Shown: one piece after another, positions 13,106-26,985 of the stretch
Numbering within the stretch: the first letter of the stretch is position 1
Layout: every line of letters starts with the position of its first letter
Assembly (NCBI GenBank): GCA_951406725.2
Contig: OX597818.1
Location: forward strand, 11,160,001 to 11,224,000
Source of the DNA: Octopus vulgaris
Lineage: Eukaryota
Direction of reading: 5' to 3'
Length of the DNA: 64,000 nucleotides
Program-made: the position numbers and the translations under genes
Notes under the pieces: model-generated
Told to the model about the DNA's origin: nothing
What the model saw: the letters and a program-made list of their open reading frames with translations, nothing else
Databases searched by the model: none

Positions 13106-13599
13106 CATTGTCACTCTTCTTGTCACCCACCTTTACCTGCTTATTTCAGACATACAGCATTTTAGATTACAATGGACAATCACAGTCATCATTTACTGTA
13201 TGGCTTCTAAATAGACATGGGTTGGACGGTTTCATGTTTTATTTTATTGATTCACAAAGGATGAAAGGCTTTTAGGAAAAAACTGGACAATATAGGACTA
13301 AAGAGACAAGATGCTCCATTATTATTATCATCATCATCGTTATTATTATTATCATTAGTATTATTATTATTTCTCTAATCATGGGTTTACTTGATCATGG
13401 ATGACCAGGGACTACACAACAACAATAACACTATCATTATTATTGTCTTCATGGGTTTTACTTATATCTGCCTTTGCTTTACCAATAATGTAAAGTATCA
13501 TGCTGACAACTCATCATTCTTCTTTCGACCTGTGACAGATTTATTCCTGAGTTCCCTTCAAATTATTAGATTCAGACATACAAGTGTGGTTGGCAAGTT

Positions 13600-14033
13600 C
13601 TTTATGCATCCTTGTAGTTCTGGGTTTAATTGAAATGCATGGCACCATGGGTAACTGTTCTTTACAGTATATTGCATGTAGGCTTCCATGTTGAGCCTGA
13701 GACCATGTGGGAAAATGAATGGAGGCATAACATTGTGATCACTCCAAACATCATGATGTTGACTGGATGTTTGATTTTTATCACCCTTGGTACATGTCTT
13801 TGGATTGCACTGTCCTCAGATTGATTCTCAAACACACTGAAATGTTCGTTTTGGAACTTCCAGTCCAAATGCTAAGCAGTACAGCATATTGTTTCTGGCA
13901 GAGTGAATTGCGTCATGCTGGTGTTTTTCTTATAGTCAGTGCCCAGCTGACCCTACTGTGTAGTTGACAAAAACAAACAATGCACATGTGCAAAATTAAA
14001 AATATAAAATGGTGACAATTTACCCATTGCACC

Positions 14034-14038
<5 letters not shown>
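13600..14038 (-). mobile_element. Internally deleted Tc1/mariner relic, probably maT/DD37D-like
   Basis: TA-CAGGGTG terminus near 14036. Minus-strand fragments HVPRVIKIKHPVNIMMFGVIT and MPPFIFPHGLRLNMEAY resemble the transposase segment after the first catalytic Asp. Confidence 0.5.
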
Positions 14039-14070
<32 letters not shown>

Positions 14071-14127
14071 CAAAATAAGCAACAAGGATATCCAAAGGTA
14101 GTGTATATATATATATTTATTTATTTA

Positions 14128-14523
14128 TCTTTTACCTGTTTTATTCATTAGGCTGCAGCTGTGCTGGGGCATTGCATTGAGGAATTTTAGTTGAACTAAT
14201 CAACCCCAGTACCTATTTTTTTTTTCAGCCAGGTACTTATTCATTCACCCTCTTAGCTCAACTGTTAGGTTATAAGGATGTAAAAACACCAACACTGGTT
14301 GTCATGCAGTGTTTGGGAGACCAACACAGACTCACAGACATGCACGCACACACACACACATACACATATACATATATATGACCAATTTCTGTTAGTTTCC
14401 ATCTACTACATCCACTCAAGGCTTTGGTCAGCCTGAGGCTGTAGTAGAAGACACTTGCGCAATGAGTCATGCAGTGGGACTGAACCTGGAACAATATGGT
14501 TGGGAAGCAAAGTTCTTACCACA
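14128..14523 (-). mobile_element. SINE family S1, diverged copy
   Basis: Collinear with the S1 pattern, including the internal CA/TA microsatellite. Confidence 0.75.
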
Positions 14524-14831
14524 ACTGCTGCAGCTGTCCCCATGTGTGTGTATATATATATATATATATACATACATACATATAATTTGAAGCTTGAAAG
14601 TATGCCCATGTTATTGTTTGTAATTCCAAAAGTGCATTTATATAAATACAATAGGGTGTCATAGATATAATATAGTGAGTTGAGAAACAGAAACCATCTC
14701 CAGGGTATTTAAAGTTTAAAAACAGAAACCATAGATGGTAACTTGAGTAAGTTTAGTTGATCAAAATTTATAGATTTGTGTAGTGCATGTGCTTATAAAG
14801 CATTAAATTTACCAAGAACTAACTCCTTTGA

Positions 14832-15267
14832 CTCTTTAGCATTTAAACCAGCCATAACTGGTTTATGTTCAAACTGGCCAAATCTAGCTTATCACACCAA
14901 TCCTACAATATCATTGTAAAAAAATTAAATTACCTTATCAAAATCTTATAGCTGCAAGATAATGCAGAATTAATTCAAAATTATATGAATAAAAAAGCAT
15001 TACTTTTGACAAAATATTGGTTTCAACTTTTGGCCCAAGGCCAGCAGATTTGGGGGAGGGGCTATGTCAGTTATAGCAGCCCCAGTACTCAACTGGTACT
15101 TATTTTATTGACTCTGAAAGGATGAAAGGCAAAGCTATCCTTGGCAGAATTTGAACTCAAAACGTGGAGACAGATGAAATATTGCAGCATTTTGCTGAGC
15201 CCTGTGTGGTAACGATTCTGTGAGCTCTACACCTTACTTTTGACAAAATAGTGTAAATGCTGAAGGG
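14832..15267. mobile_element. piggyBac-like MITE interrupted by an S2 SINE
   Basis: Ends CTCTTTAGCATTT and AAATGCTGAAGGG|TTAA. The interior is the reverse complement of 57459-57677. Confidence 0.75.
15017..15233 (-). mobile_element. SINE family S2 nested in the MITE, 17-bp target-site duplication
   Basis: Perfect direct repeat ttacttttgacaaaata at 15000-15016 and 15234-15250. Confidence 0.88.
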
Positions 15268-15808
15268 TTAAGAGAAGTAACATTAGATGAACTCAGCCAT
15301 TTGATAAACAGAGATTAGCACCAAACTAAATAGAGATGTCAGTATAATAGAGTGTAAAACCTTTAATATAGATTCCAACATTGCCACACTGTAATGACTG
15401 AAATTAGCAAATTGAATAAAAGAATTTCCAAAAATGTGATATAATAGATAAAGTGTGTTTATCTTCTGCACTGATTTTAGCCATGTTGTCTTCTGACTAG
15501 ATGTGCCCTTTTTCATCTAAAATTGGTTTCAACTATCAAATTAACAACAACTGAACATAAAAATACAATAGTTATCACTTAATCTAACCATCATTGCATC
15601 ACTTCATTAAATTTCAGTCAAATTAATGAGGTAACTCATTAACTTTTGGTCAAAATCCTACAGACTGCCATTGTTGTTATTGCTGCAATATAACTTGCTT
15701 TTGTTTTTGTTTTTTTACATTTTTTGTTTTTTTTAATGTTTTATTAAGCTGATTATCATTTTCCTGCTAAATTTTGATGTTTAGAATTATTTTTTTAGAG
15801 ACAGTATT

Positions 15809-15828
15809 TAATAATGATAACGATGATG

Positions 15829-15871
<43 letters not shown>

Positions 15872-15879
15872 TAATAATA

Positions 15880-15932
<53 letters not shown>

Positions 15933-15946
15933 CATTAATATTATTA

Positions 15947-15989
<43 letters not shown>

Positions 15990-16003
15990 CATTAATATTA
16001 TTA

Positions 16004-16055
<52 letters not shown>

Positions 16056-16069
16056 CATTAATATTATTA

Positions 16070-16121
<52 letters not shown>

Positions 16122-16135
16122 CATTAATATTATTA

Positions 16136-16184
<49 letters not shown>

Positions 16185-16201
16185 CATTAATATTATTATT
16201 G

Positions 16202-16244
<43 letters not shown>

Positions 16245-16258
16245 CATTAATATTATTA

Positions 16259-16316
<58 letters not shown>

Positions 16317-16330
16317 CATTAATATTATTA

Positions 16331-16388
<58 letters not shown>

Positions 16389-16402
16389 CATTAATATTAT
16401 TA

Positions 16403-16448
<46 letters not shown>

Positions 16449-16462
16449 CATTAATATTATTA

Positions 16463-16509
<47 letters not shown>

Positions 16510-16530
16510 GTTATCATTATTATTATGGTT
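15809..16530. repeat. Compound (AAT)n/(ATT)n microsatellite with a nine-unit higher-order repeat
   Basis: ATCATTAATATTATTATTGTT recurs nine times, separated by variable (ATT)n. Confidence 0.95.
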
Positions 16531-17019
16531 ATAGCAACTATGATGATTGTAGTAGTAGTAGTGGCAGTAGCAGCAGCAGCAGCTAATTTTAGTGATAGTG
16601 GCAGTGTTATAGTTGGTTGCAATAAAAGTAGTAATAGTTATAATGACAGTTGTGAGGGATTAGTAATAACAGCATAAGTAGTGGTGACAGTTATATTAGA
16701 AGTTGTCCTCATTGTATTAGTAATAGCAGCAACAGCAGCAGCAGCAATTGTAGTTGTTGTAGCAGTAGTAAATGAATACCTTAAACCAGAAACCATCAAA
16801 AGGTATCCAAGAAAGAAAAAGTATACCATTAGTATTAAGGGGAAAGAAGTTTTCATTATCCCCATCCCTGCATTTCAATGGCTTTCTTCCCCCTATTTAC
16901 CCTTGCTTGTTTTCTCACTCATATGTCACTCTCCAGACCTGAGGTTTTCACTTAACATTCTCCTCTTTCTCAATGTCTTTCCTCTTATCTTCCATCACCT
17001 GTCACAACAACAACAATAA

Positions 17020-17215
17020 TAATGGTTTCAAATTTTGGCACAAGGCCAGCAATTTTAGAGTGGGTGGGCTTAGTTGATTACATTAACCCGAGTGCTCAAC
17101 AGTTACTTATTTCATTGACCCCAAAAGGATGAAAGGCAAAGTTGACCTTGGCAGAATTTGAACTCAGAACTGGTGATAAGCATTTTCTTGACATGTTAAT
17201 GATTCTGACAGCCCT
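17020..17215 (-). mobile_element. SINE family S2 copy
   Basis: ggcacaaggcc ... ggatgaaaggcaaagttgacc ... atttgaactcagaac. Confidence 0.7.
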
Positions 17216-20200
17216 TCTTTTATTTGCTATTAGAGCAAAGGGTTAGGCAAATATCACAAGGACAATTGCAAAAACAGTGAGTGTTTCACTGATTGAGTTG
17301 TTAAAAATAATAAAAGTAAAGAAAATAGCAGCATACTATGAGAGCCCAATAGTTAAGACAGCTACCTCGGCCAGTCAAGAATTCCACAAATCTAGTCTAC
17401 TTCCCAGCTGAATTCTCTAGCATGTAAATGTGTGTGTGTGTATGAGAGAGAGAGAGGGGGGAGAAAGAGAGAGAGAGAGAGGCTGCTACATAGTTTCTGT
17501 CATCCAAATTACACTCACAAGGCATTGTTCAAACCTAAATTGCAGTATTGCAGTAGAAGATACACTCATTGTTCTACACAGAGGGCTTGAACCAGTTGTG
17601 TCTTTGTATTTGTTTGCTTGAACCTCAGAAGAAGCTTTGTCCCAATGACGGTTCTTTTGAGATGTGTGGAGAATGAGGGAGTTATTGTCACTCTAAAGTC
17701 CTACTCAGAATGCTTTCAACCGACTGAATTCATACTAAAGCACTGCCTTGGTCTAGGTGGGGGCCAGTACAGTCTATCTATTAGGCTTTCATACATTTAT
17801 GTGTTTAGGTTACCCCATGACTATAGAAGACACTTGCTCAAGCTACAGACCACACCTGATTTCTTCCATGGAGAAGAGTGAAGTGAATGATGAATAAGAG
17901 TTGACTCCAGTACTGGAATAGTATTTTATTAACCCCAAATTCAAATTTGACTTGAGTAAGATTTAAGCTCTGGAATGAATACTGAAATACATTTTGTCCA
18001 ACTCTGTAATGACTATTCTAATTTGTATGTTTATATGTGCTTCTATATACATATACCTATGTAAGTTTGTACATAATTATTTATAAAAAAATACATATAC
18101 CAGTACCTATTCTGGCAATATTATTTTATATAACGCTGGCAGGAAGATGAATTGCTGCTATCTCTAGTGGTTGAATGTCCATCATTGACAAGAGCAAGGA
18201 AGGTCGAAATCACATGATCTGGTGGTATCGGTGCTGGAGATGGTAGGGATTTATCTCCCCACAAGAAGTATAAATAAGTTTTGCACTACAAGTCAATATG
18301 AGAGTTTCTCTTATGGTAACTACTGAAGTATAGTTTGTTCTAATTGAAAACCCACATTTAAATGGAGATAAATATTTATTTGTATATGTATACATTTTTG
18401 TATACATATTAATCTCCCACTCCTTCCCTCCTACACACATTGTCCCCTTTAATATCTTTGATATGGTACATCCTTCAATCAAACTCAATCTAAGATTTGC
18501 AAGGTCTCCTTTTTAGCTCTACTCCCTATTAACTGCTCCCTTTCTAGCAACCATTATCTATTAGCCTTACACTACATTTGCTCTTGATTACGTGACGGTG
18601 TGTGCCTGAGCATGCATCTATATGTGTATCACTTATATCCCTCTATGTCTTTTAAAGTAATTTATTGCTTCCTCTGCTCATCTACTTGAAGACCCATTAA
18701 TTATTGATACTTCCTAATTAGATTTTCATTAGTAATCAAAAGGTTTAATACACCCAGTTCTATAAACCAGTGTTGTCTGTCTTTTACTACCACATAGGTA
18801 GAATGCTGCATTGTGTGGTCAAGGGGAAATGTTATAAATAAAGCAAATAAGCTTAATGGTTTGCTAATTCATTATTTAAACAATGTATCATAGTAATTAG
18901 TATTATGAGGTACAAGCTGAAACCCACCACTTAATGTATTCCATTCAAAATCCTTCTGCACACGCACATTATAATGTTGCAGCAAGGATAACGCATTTGT
19001 GCATTTCCTCTCTTATTATATTTTATAATGTGATTAAAATATTTTTATAGTTTGGTATAGTTATCTCTGAAAATTATAAAAAATGCACTAAAATATTAAA
19101 CTACAGCGAAAACAATATTAAGGACTCATATATTGAACTCAATGTGCAGATCACAGATGTATGACAAAAGATCTACTGACAACTATACGTGAATTTTAAT
19201 AACTAACAAGAATGAATATGTATCAAAATATAAGCATAGGATTTTAAATGAAATCTCTTGATGGAAATTATGCTGGAAATATTTAAAACAAATATGGTTA
19301 TGCACGAAATGCACTCCATTTATATTCTATGTCATATCAAGAAATTTCTTTTTTATCTATTATCAGCTAAGGATGTTAGTAAATAACACTACACAAATTT
19401 TTTTTCTTGATGGTCATTGTCAAATATCAATTATAGCTTTCAGTATCTGAAAGAAATTGTGTTGCTTGTAAATATATTTCTTTACCTACATCTTTATATA
19501 TGCAGACAGTAGTTGAATGTATTCTGTACAACAAACTATTATAGTCACCAATATCTAAAAGAAATTGTTGCTTTGTAATAATGTGTGTAGACGTATTTCT
19601 CAATGTGCTTTGTCACTTTTTGTTCAGTAATCATTACAATTATTTGGAAGACTTATTTATTTTCTGTGATGGTGGTCCAGATGTTTAAACAAGTACATTG
19701 CTGGGTACCTTTTGCAAGGTTATTTCTGTTGTAAGCATTTTGACCACACCAGTCCCTGACTTCTTTCTGACTTCATGTATTTTTTTCTCTACAAATGTTC
19801 AGTCTCAACATTAGTCACATCAAGCTCATCATCATCATGTCTACTAGCATAGGTGAGATTTATTGAGGCAGTATTCAACAGCTTGGTGTTTTTCTGTCAC
19901 CAACCATTATTTGTTTCGTAAGTAAGGTAGTTCTATTCCATGGATGTTCACATGCCGAAATTGACAATATTACAGGACATATTGTTTATGGGGGATGGAA
20001 ACATAACGTCACCATTGCCCAAGCAGGATCAGTGTGATGACACAGGTGTGGTTGTGTAGTAAGAAGCTTGCTTTCCAATCACAAGTTCCACTGCATGACA
20101 CCTTGGGCAAGTGTCTTCTAGATCCTCAGGCTGCCCAAAGCCTTGTGAGTGAATTTCGTTGACAAAAACTGAAAAGTAGTTCATCTTATATATATATATA

Positions 20201-20626
20201 TATATATATGGTGATTGTGGTAAAAATAGTTAGGGTGAATGGACTTACTCTAAGCATGTGCCTATAAATTGGGGACCAACAGTTGGGCATGGGCTTGTGA
20301 TTTCAGTGGTCAGGGTGATCTGTAGGGCTCCTAGATTGGCTGTAAGCTGATTGTTCCTCTATATGAGGAGGACTGTATCATGGATTTACTCAAATATTAT
20401 GTATCTTTTTACTTTATTCCGCTCTTGTCCCTTTCTTCCCTTCATATTTTATTTAATTCCACATGCCCTTGTAATGTCCCTTTCATCTGATGCCCCTGTG
20501 GAAAATAAAAGAAATTACTGTTATTATTGTTGCTGTACTTGTGATAGCAGTAAGGATGCTTTCAGTAATTATAATTATTGTGGCTGTACTTTTGACAACA
20601 TCAGAGATGTTGTTGTTGTTGATGAA

Positions 20627-20657
<31 letters not shown>

Positions 20658-21393
20658 GTGGTAGTGTTCAATGAGAAGAGCGATGCTGGTGTTGTTCCCC
20701 AACATCTGTGGTGATGATAATGATAATAAAGCTTTAGTGTCTGAGGAAAAGAAACCATATCTGTGTTTTTCTTTATACTTATCCTATTAAGAATTATAAA
20801 GTAAAAGATATGAAAACGTTGTGAGGTTTCTCAATACCTTCACCCCCCACCACCACCATCACCACCAACAAAAAGAAATAGAAAAATGTATTAGATGAAA
20901 TGAATTTCTTTTGGGTGAAAATTGAAACTGGAACCTAGGTACCGATGATTGAAAAATTACTTTTGTACCACATGACCGACATAGCAGATTACAGAAGTAA
21001 TACTTTGTGTGTTTGTGGTACCAGTTTGTGTTGTGTAACAATTAAGCCTGAAGCATCTGAACTCTTTTTTTTTTTTGGAACATAATGAATACAAAAATAA
21101 AAACCATTCAATGTGAAAGGAAGCCTCTATATAGTCACTTGACCCACTAGAATTAACTGCTAAGCTGATTTTTTAAGATTTACATTGGATAACATAGTTG
21201 TAGATACATGATACCTGCATAACAGTCATGATGGTCATGTCTGGAATATTTCTGATCATGTGTGAATGAATTAAATAGCTCAGATTTTACTGTGTAAACT
21301 GATATTAGACACTGTAAGAACCTAGTCAAGACAAAAACGACAAACTACTGTATCATCATCATCACCACCATCATCACGTATATTCAGTAGCAG

Positions 21394-21425
<32 letters not shown>

Positions 21426-21529
21426 TCATTTTATAATTATTTATTGAGTACTGAAAAAATTTTGGTTTTCATTTTCAACACCAAACTAAAACCAAACAAA
21501 GTTAACAAATTTCTTATTTTATATTTCAG

Positions 21530-21808
21530 ATCTCCGAGAGGATTTTAAAGTAGGTCCAGTTGATACAATGGTTGCCATTGGAGATACTGCAATTTTGAAA
21601 TGTCGTCCACCTCGAGGTGAACCACCACCTCATGTGATTTGGCGGAAGGATGCAAGTAGTCTTACAACAGATAGCCGTATAACGATGGAGGACGAGGGTG
21701 ATTTAATATTGTCTTCTATAGAAAAGTCTGATGGAGGAGATTATACCTGTGTTGCTGTAAATAAAGCCGGAGAGCGAGAAAGTAAAATTGCAAAACTCAC
21801 TGTATATG
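21530..21808 (+). CDS. ROBO: Roundabout (Robo) receptor, internal exon encoding Ig domain 2 (phase 1-1, 279 nt)
   Basis: Acceptor atatttcag|A and donor TATG|gtaagt. Translates as LREDFKVGPVDTMVAIGDTAILKCRPPRGEPPPHVIWRKD...GDLILSSIEKSDGGDYTCVAVNKAGERESKIAKLTVY, matching the Robo Ig2 pattern (LRxDF...CxPPRGxP...WxKD...YxC..N..GERES..A.LTV). Confidence 0.93.
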
Positions 21809-21929
21809 GTAAGTGTAATTTTTATATTGTAAAATTTTGAATTCTAGGAAACGGATGGTGATTTCTGTCTGTGACTGTCTGCTGGAGAATTCATATTTAT
21901 CCAACTCTTCTTTGACTTCTATTTTTCAT

Positions 21930-22235
21930 GGAGGCAGTGACAAGTGACCGAGGCCTTTGGCAATATACTGTGCTTCAGAAGACTTGTCAAGCCAAGTGAG
22001 ATCATAGTTGTGACTAATGTTGGTGTTTCATAATTGGCACCTCTGTCGCTGGCATGTAAAAAAGCACCCACTACACTCTTGGAGTGGTTGGCATTAGGAA
22101 GAACATCCAACCGTAGAAACCATGTCAAATCAGATTGAAACTTAGTGCAGCTCTCCAGCTTACTAGTTTTTAGTCAAACCATCCAACCCATGCCAGCATG
22201 GAAAAACGGATGTTAAATGATGATGATGATGATGA
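21930..22235 (+). mobile_element. RTE LINE family R1 3-prime fragment, about 120 nt downstream of the Ig2 exon
   Basis: aaagcacccactacactc...ggcattaggaag...catccaacccatgccagcatgg, then (GAT)n. Confidence 0.75.
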
Positions 22236-23689
22236 AATACAGTTATGCAACTGTTAAGGCTCAGTGATAATTGGGTTAAAGTACTGGGACTACTGATTGC
22301 ATGAGCATAAGTTCAAATCTTACCACAACCTATGTTGTGTTATGCTCATGAGCAGAGCAAGGTACATTGGTCAACTCAATCTTGCTTGTCTGAGTAAACA
22401 AAACCAAAAATAGGTTCGATTCAAAAAGTAAGTTGATTCTGTGACCCATTTTTAATTCTCTGTTGAAGACGTTTTATTTCACAGACAATGGTGGGTTGTC
22501 TCCTCATTCTGTCCTTTGTACCACCAATACAGTGGTTTCTGCCCTTCAGAGATCACAGGTTTTATATCATCTCTATTCAGCCATTCCTCACTCACTCATC
22601 TCTTCTCTTCTTGTCATCCATGTTGTGCCTAACCCACCAGGCCTTGCATTGGTTTCTTCACCAAGTATTTCTTTTCTCAGTTGTCAGCCTTCTAGGCATC
22701 ATACTCTGTCCATGTTTTTGCTGCTGCCTTCTAATTGCAGTTCTTTAAAGAAAATATCTACCACATCTGTCACTGATCTGGGGAGCAAGCAAAGACTATG
22801 AACTCAGCCCCCTTATGTCAGACAAAACTATTGAAGAAAACAGAGCATTTTGTGGTCAGATAAAATCCTGCTGTCTCGTAAAAGAAGACACATTAGGTAA
22901 TCTAGTACTGTATGCATTATGTCTGAGAAAAAAGTTGGTTGATCAAAGCTGGAATGCATTTGATCATAAAGGAAAGTGTTAAGAAAGAGGGTTTGAGATA
23001 GGAATGATGAGATTGGGAATGTTTTGTAACTTGCTAGTTCAGTGGAGCAGAACCCATTACAGTAAAGGTAGGAGAGACAAAAAGAAGAAAGAGCATATCT
23101 GAGTTTAAAATCCCAGTGTGATCAAACTGAATTTGCTTTTCATATTTTTGGTAAGGGAGGTGTCAGTAAAATTTGTCATCTCTACCAGTATTATCTCCAG
23201 ATTGGTAGACACACTCTCCCCTTCCTGTGCAAAAAAATAAAGAAAATATCCCTCTGACCTTATATATTGCTGTGAACTTCTAAAAAGCTCTAGTGTGACC
23301 ACATTCAGTTACTACCCACATATTTGGAAAATTGCTGCTGCTACTGCTAACTACTGCTACTATTCAAATATCATAGATCACACCCACTTATCTATTCTTT
23401 ATTTTTTAAGCTTGCAGTTTGGTAGTGAAAGGACTGATGGAACCATGAGATGAATACTGCTTTCATGGTCCTCCTCAAGCCCTCTATTTTCGGAGTTCAA
23501 ATTGTAATGCCTTTCACATTTCCAGGGCCAATAAAATAAAATATCTGTCATGTTCAGGGGTTGATATATATATTATCCTATAAAGTGTCCTACTTGAGAT
23601 TGAAAATTATATTAGAACACCATGTACAGGTTCTTACCTATATGTTTTTCAATCTCCTTTTTCTTTTGAACGTATTTTTTTCTAATGGC

Positions 23690-23970
23690 ACTCAGTCAGT
23701 TATGACAGTGAGGGTGCCAGTTGATCCTGTCAACAGAACAGCCTGCTCGGTAAAATAATGTGCCAGTGGATGAATACACCACAGACGTGCATATCCATTC
23801 AGTAATTTTCAGAGAGATTCAGTGTGACATAGAATATGACATGGTTAACCCTTTGAAATACCAGTACTACTCATTTTTGCCAGTTGATCAGTCTGGAAGA
23901 ATGCAAAATAAAGTCTCTTGCTCAAGGATAATGTGCCACTGAGTATCAAACAATACCCTAACCACACACT
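23690..23970 (-). mobile_element. SINE family S3, diverged copy
   Basis: Collinear with 6979-7301. Confidence 0.7.
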
Positions 23971-26684
23971 TACACACTAATCCTTTTATATAAGTTCAAA
24001 CTGAATGTCTGCCACCTTGGTTTCATCATCATGGGAGTGGTTGGCCAACAAAACCATGAGTGAGACTACTCCAACCTCTTTTTGACCAATTAATAACAAA
24101 AAAAACAAAACTTCATAGATTTTGTCGACAATATTGAACTTATATGCAATAATTTTATATCTGGTCATCTTACCACACTTTTTTTGTTGTTTAATCAGGA
24201 AGATAAGGACAGCACCAATGACCTCCCTATTTTTTTTCAGGGTCTCTAAGACTACTGGAAAGTAAAGATAAAGTTATTAAACCAGAGGCATAACTCAACA
24301 GAGTGAACTTCATTCAGGAGGTGGTTTTTTAAGTAGGAAGTAGATTAAGTTTTTCACCCAAGAACTTAGAACACAATCAAAACTAATACTGCCAAGTGCC
24401 TTGTCTGATAGTTTAATAGTTGTGTCAATCTACCATTCTGGACTGGCACTTTATTTTCTCAAACTAGAAAAGACAAAAATGTAGTTGACCTTGTCAGGAT
24501 TTGAACTCAGAGCTATAACAAAAGCCACAAGGCATATTGTCCAGTATATTGCTTAAAGCTGTATATCACAACTGGTTAGTCTGTAAGACAATTTTTAATT
24601 TCTCATACTTTGTGCTGTCAGCATCATATTGTTGTGCTGTCAGTTTTGTATCAAATGCTAAGTTACTGTCAATATGTTTTATACAGGGAAGCATTAAAAA
24701 ATTAACTAGAAGTAATTATATGTGAAGGAGGATTAAAAAAACAATATTAATCAATGATGAATAATTTCATTTTTGCTTATGCTAGTAGGGGAGACTACTC
24801 CTAATATAGGTGTCATTTTGTCTTCTAATCTTAGCAACCAAAAATAGGTGTTATTTTACCCGTGTACTTTCTAGTCAAGTTTTCGTTACAGAAACCAAGC
24901 TCATTTCTTAGTCACTTACATTCCATACACAATATATATATCTTACCACAGGCAAAGACACATTGTACAGTCCTTAATATCCTTAATACTATACATTAAT
25001 TAATGCATTTTGCAATTAGGAAAGAACAAACTTTAATTAACACATTGTATAATCAATAGTACCAATTGAAACGTTAGAAAAATCTTGATTTTGAAATCTA
25101 ATGTATACGTTATTGTACTGTTTGAACACAAATTAGTTTTTATGTTCAATAATTTGATAATTCTAAAACTCATATATCTAAATTAAAATTAATTTTTATT
25201 TATTTTATTTTAATTTTTTTTTATATAATTGAAAAACACCCAGAAGCAATTAAATTTCAAGAAAAACAAATGTATATATATATAAATAAATCAGTTAATA
25301 ACTTCATAAATTGAAGAAAAAGAATTAAAATAACAACAATGAAGAAAAAAAAAAGAAATTCCATACAATTTTCATAATCTTATTTAGTATTGCATGAGAA
25401 TTTCAAAAAATACTCTAATTACTAAAAAGCAAAGCAATAAATGAAAAAGTTAAATCTATAATTCATTTTAATCATAGAATAAAAAAAAATAATAAATTCT
25501 AAAAGGAACATTTCCAGAAGCTTGCTATTTTTCTACCCATTGCTTGGTTTCTTAAAAAGTGATGATTTAAAGACTTGTAAATTTAGGCAAAGTTCAAACA
25601 AGCCCTTTTCATGGAAAATTCCTTTAAGTTCTTTTCTTATTTTTGTTGTTATTGTTTTTTTAACTTCTTTATTTTTAACCTGAGATGGCATTAAAGATTT
25701 TATGCAATTATAATTGTAGCACCTGCTTAAGATTATATTTTAATTAATTCTACACATCTTAATAATTCAAAGATGTCTTTTGCCTTGCAGTAGAGTGTCA
25801 ATTTCTTTCAAAATAGGAAGAAATAAAACAAACAAAACAAAAGCAAAACACAGAAAAGAAAAATAACTATACAAGTCATTGCAATTTCTAAGCGAAAAGC
25901 ATTAACTCTGCTACTGAGATGTGGAATTGATAATTTATGTAAGGTTTTAGTTTTTCCACTAAAATTTCTCACAACACATTAGAAATAATAAAACATATGG
26001 CAAGACGCCTCATAATTTCTTATTAGGCAAAATTTACCTCGGCTTCAGTTTGTCAAATTTTTTAATCTTTCATTCATAACAAATAACTTTCTGACAGCAA
26101 ACAAAAATGGCTTTTATGCATCAATGTCTCCCATGGCATATTTTTTTGCTGTCAGGATATTTCCTTGCACACATACACAAATTATCCGTGCAGGCATGCC
26201 AAGGATTCTGACCATAAAAAAAAAACAAAACCTTTTGCATATTAGGTGTGGAAGAGTGTGTGCAATTCCTGTTTGAAGACATTACTCATCTCTCTGTTCC
26301 TGTAAATATGTGTATACATACTCATATGCATACATTCATAAATGCATATACATATATGCATATGAAGGTGTAGATATGTATGCATGTATGACTACATATT
26401 TGTGTGTGTGTATATATATATATGTGTGTGTGTGTGTATGTAAAGAGAGAGAGAGCTTCAGGCATGGGTGTGTGGTTGGGAAAATTACTTCCAAACCTTA
26501 TGGTCTTGTGCTCAATTTCCTTGTGCAGCATCTTCGGTAAGTGTTTTCTACTATTGCCCTAGACCAGCCAAAACTGTATGAGTGGATTTGGTTGATGGAA
26601 ACTGCAAAGAAGCCCTTAGAGTAAGCACAAAAATCTCCATTTCTCGAGTTGTTAGTGTACATGCATATATATTTACACACACAC

Positions 26685-26985
26685 GTACATGACTTAGTGG
26701 TTTGAACGTTGGGCTCACAGTCATGAAGTGGTGGGTTCAATCCCTGGACCAGGTTGCATGTTGTATTCTTTAGCAAGTCAGTTTATTTGACATTGCTCCA
26801 GTTCACTCAGCTGTAAAAATGAGTTGCAACATCACTGGTGCCAAGCTTTATTGTCTTTTGCCTTTCCCTTGGATAACAATGGTGGCACGGAGAGGGGAAG
26901 CTGGTATGCATGAGCAACTGCTAGTCTTCCATAAACAACCTTACCTGAACTTGTGCCTCAGGGGGTTGTTCATTACCAAAGGGGG
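26685..26985 (+). mobile_element. tRNA/CORE SINE with an S3-type head and a different 3-prime part
   Basis: cttagtggtt...gggttcaatccc head and tctttagcaagtca...ttgctccagttcactcagctg CORE-like block, then an unrelated tail. Confidence 0.65.

Noticed and set aside
15795-16677. Long poly-Ile and poly-Leu ORFs (195-287 aa)
   Set aside because: Translations of the (ATT)n array in stop-free frames; no splice signals or coding complexity.
1-21529. Search for the Robo Ig1 or signal-peptide exon
   Set aside because: No matching peptide (such as LNCKA.G.P.P.I.W or LF..GSLFFL) was seen; probably upstream of the window, though a very short exon could be missed.
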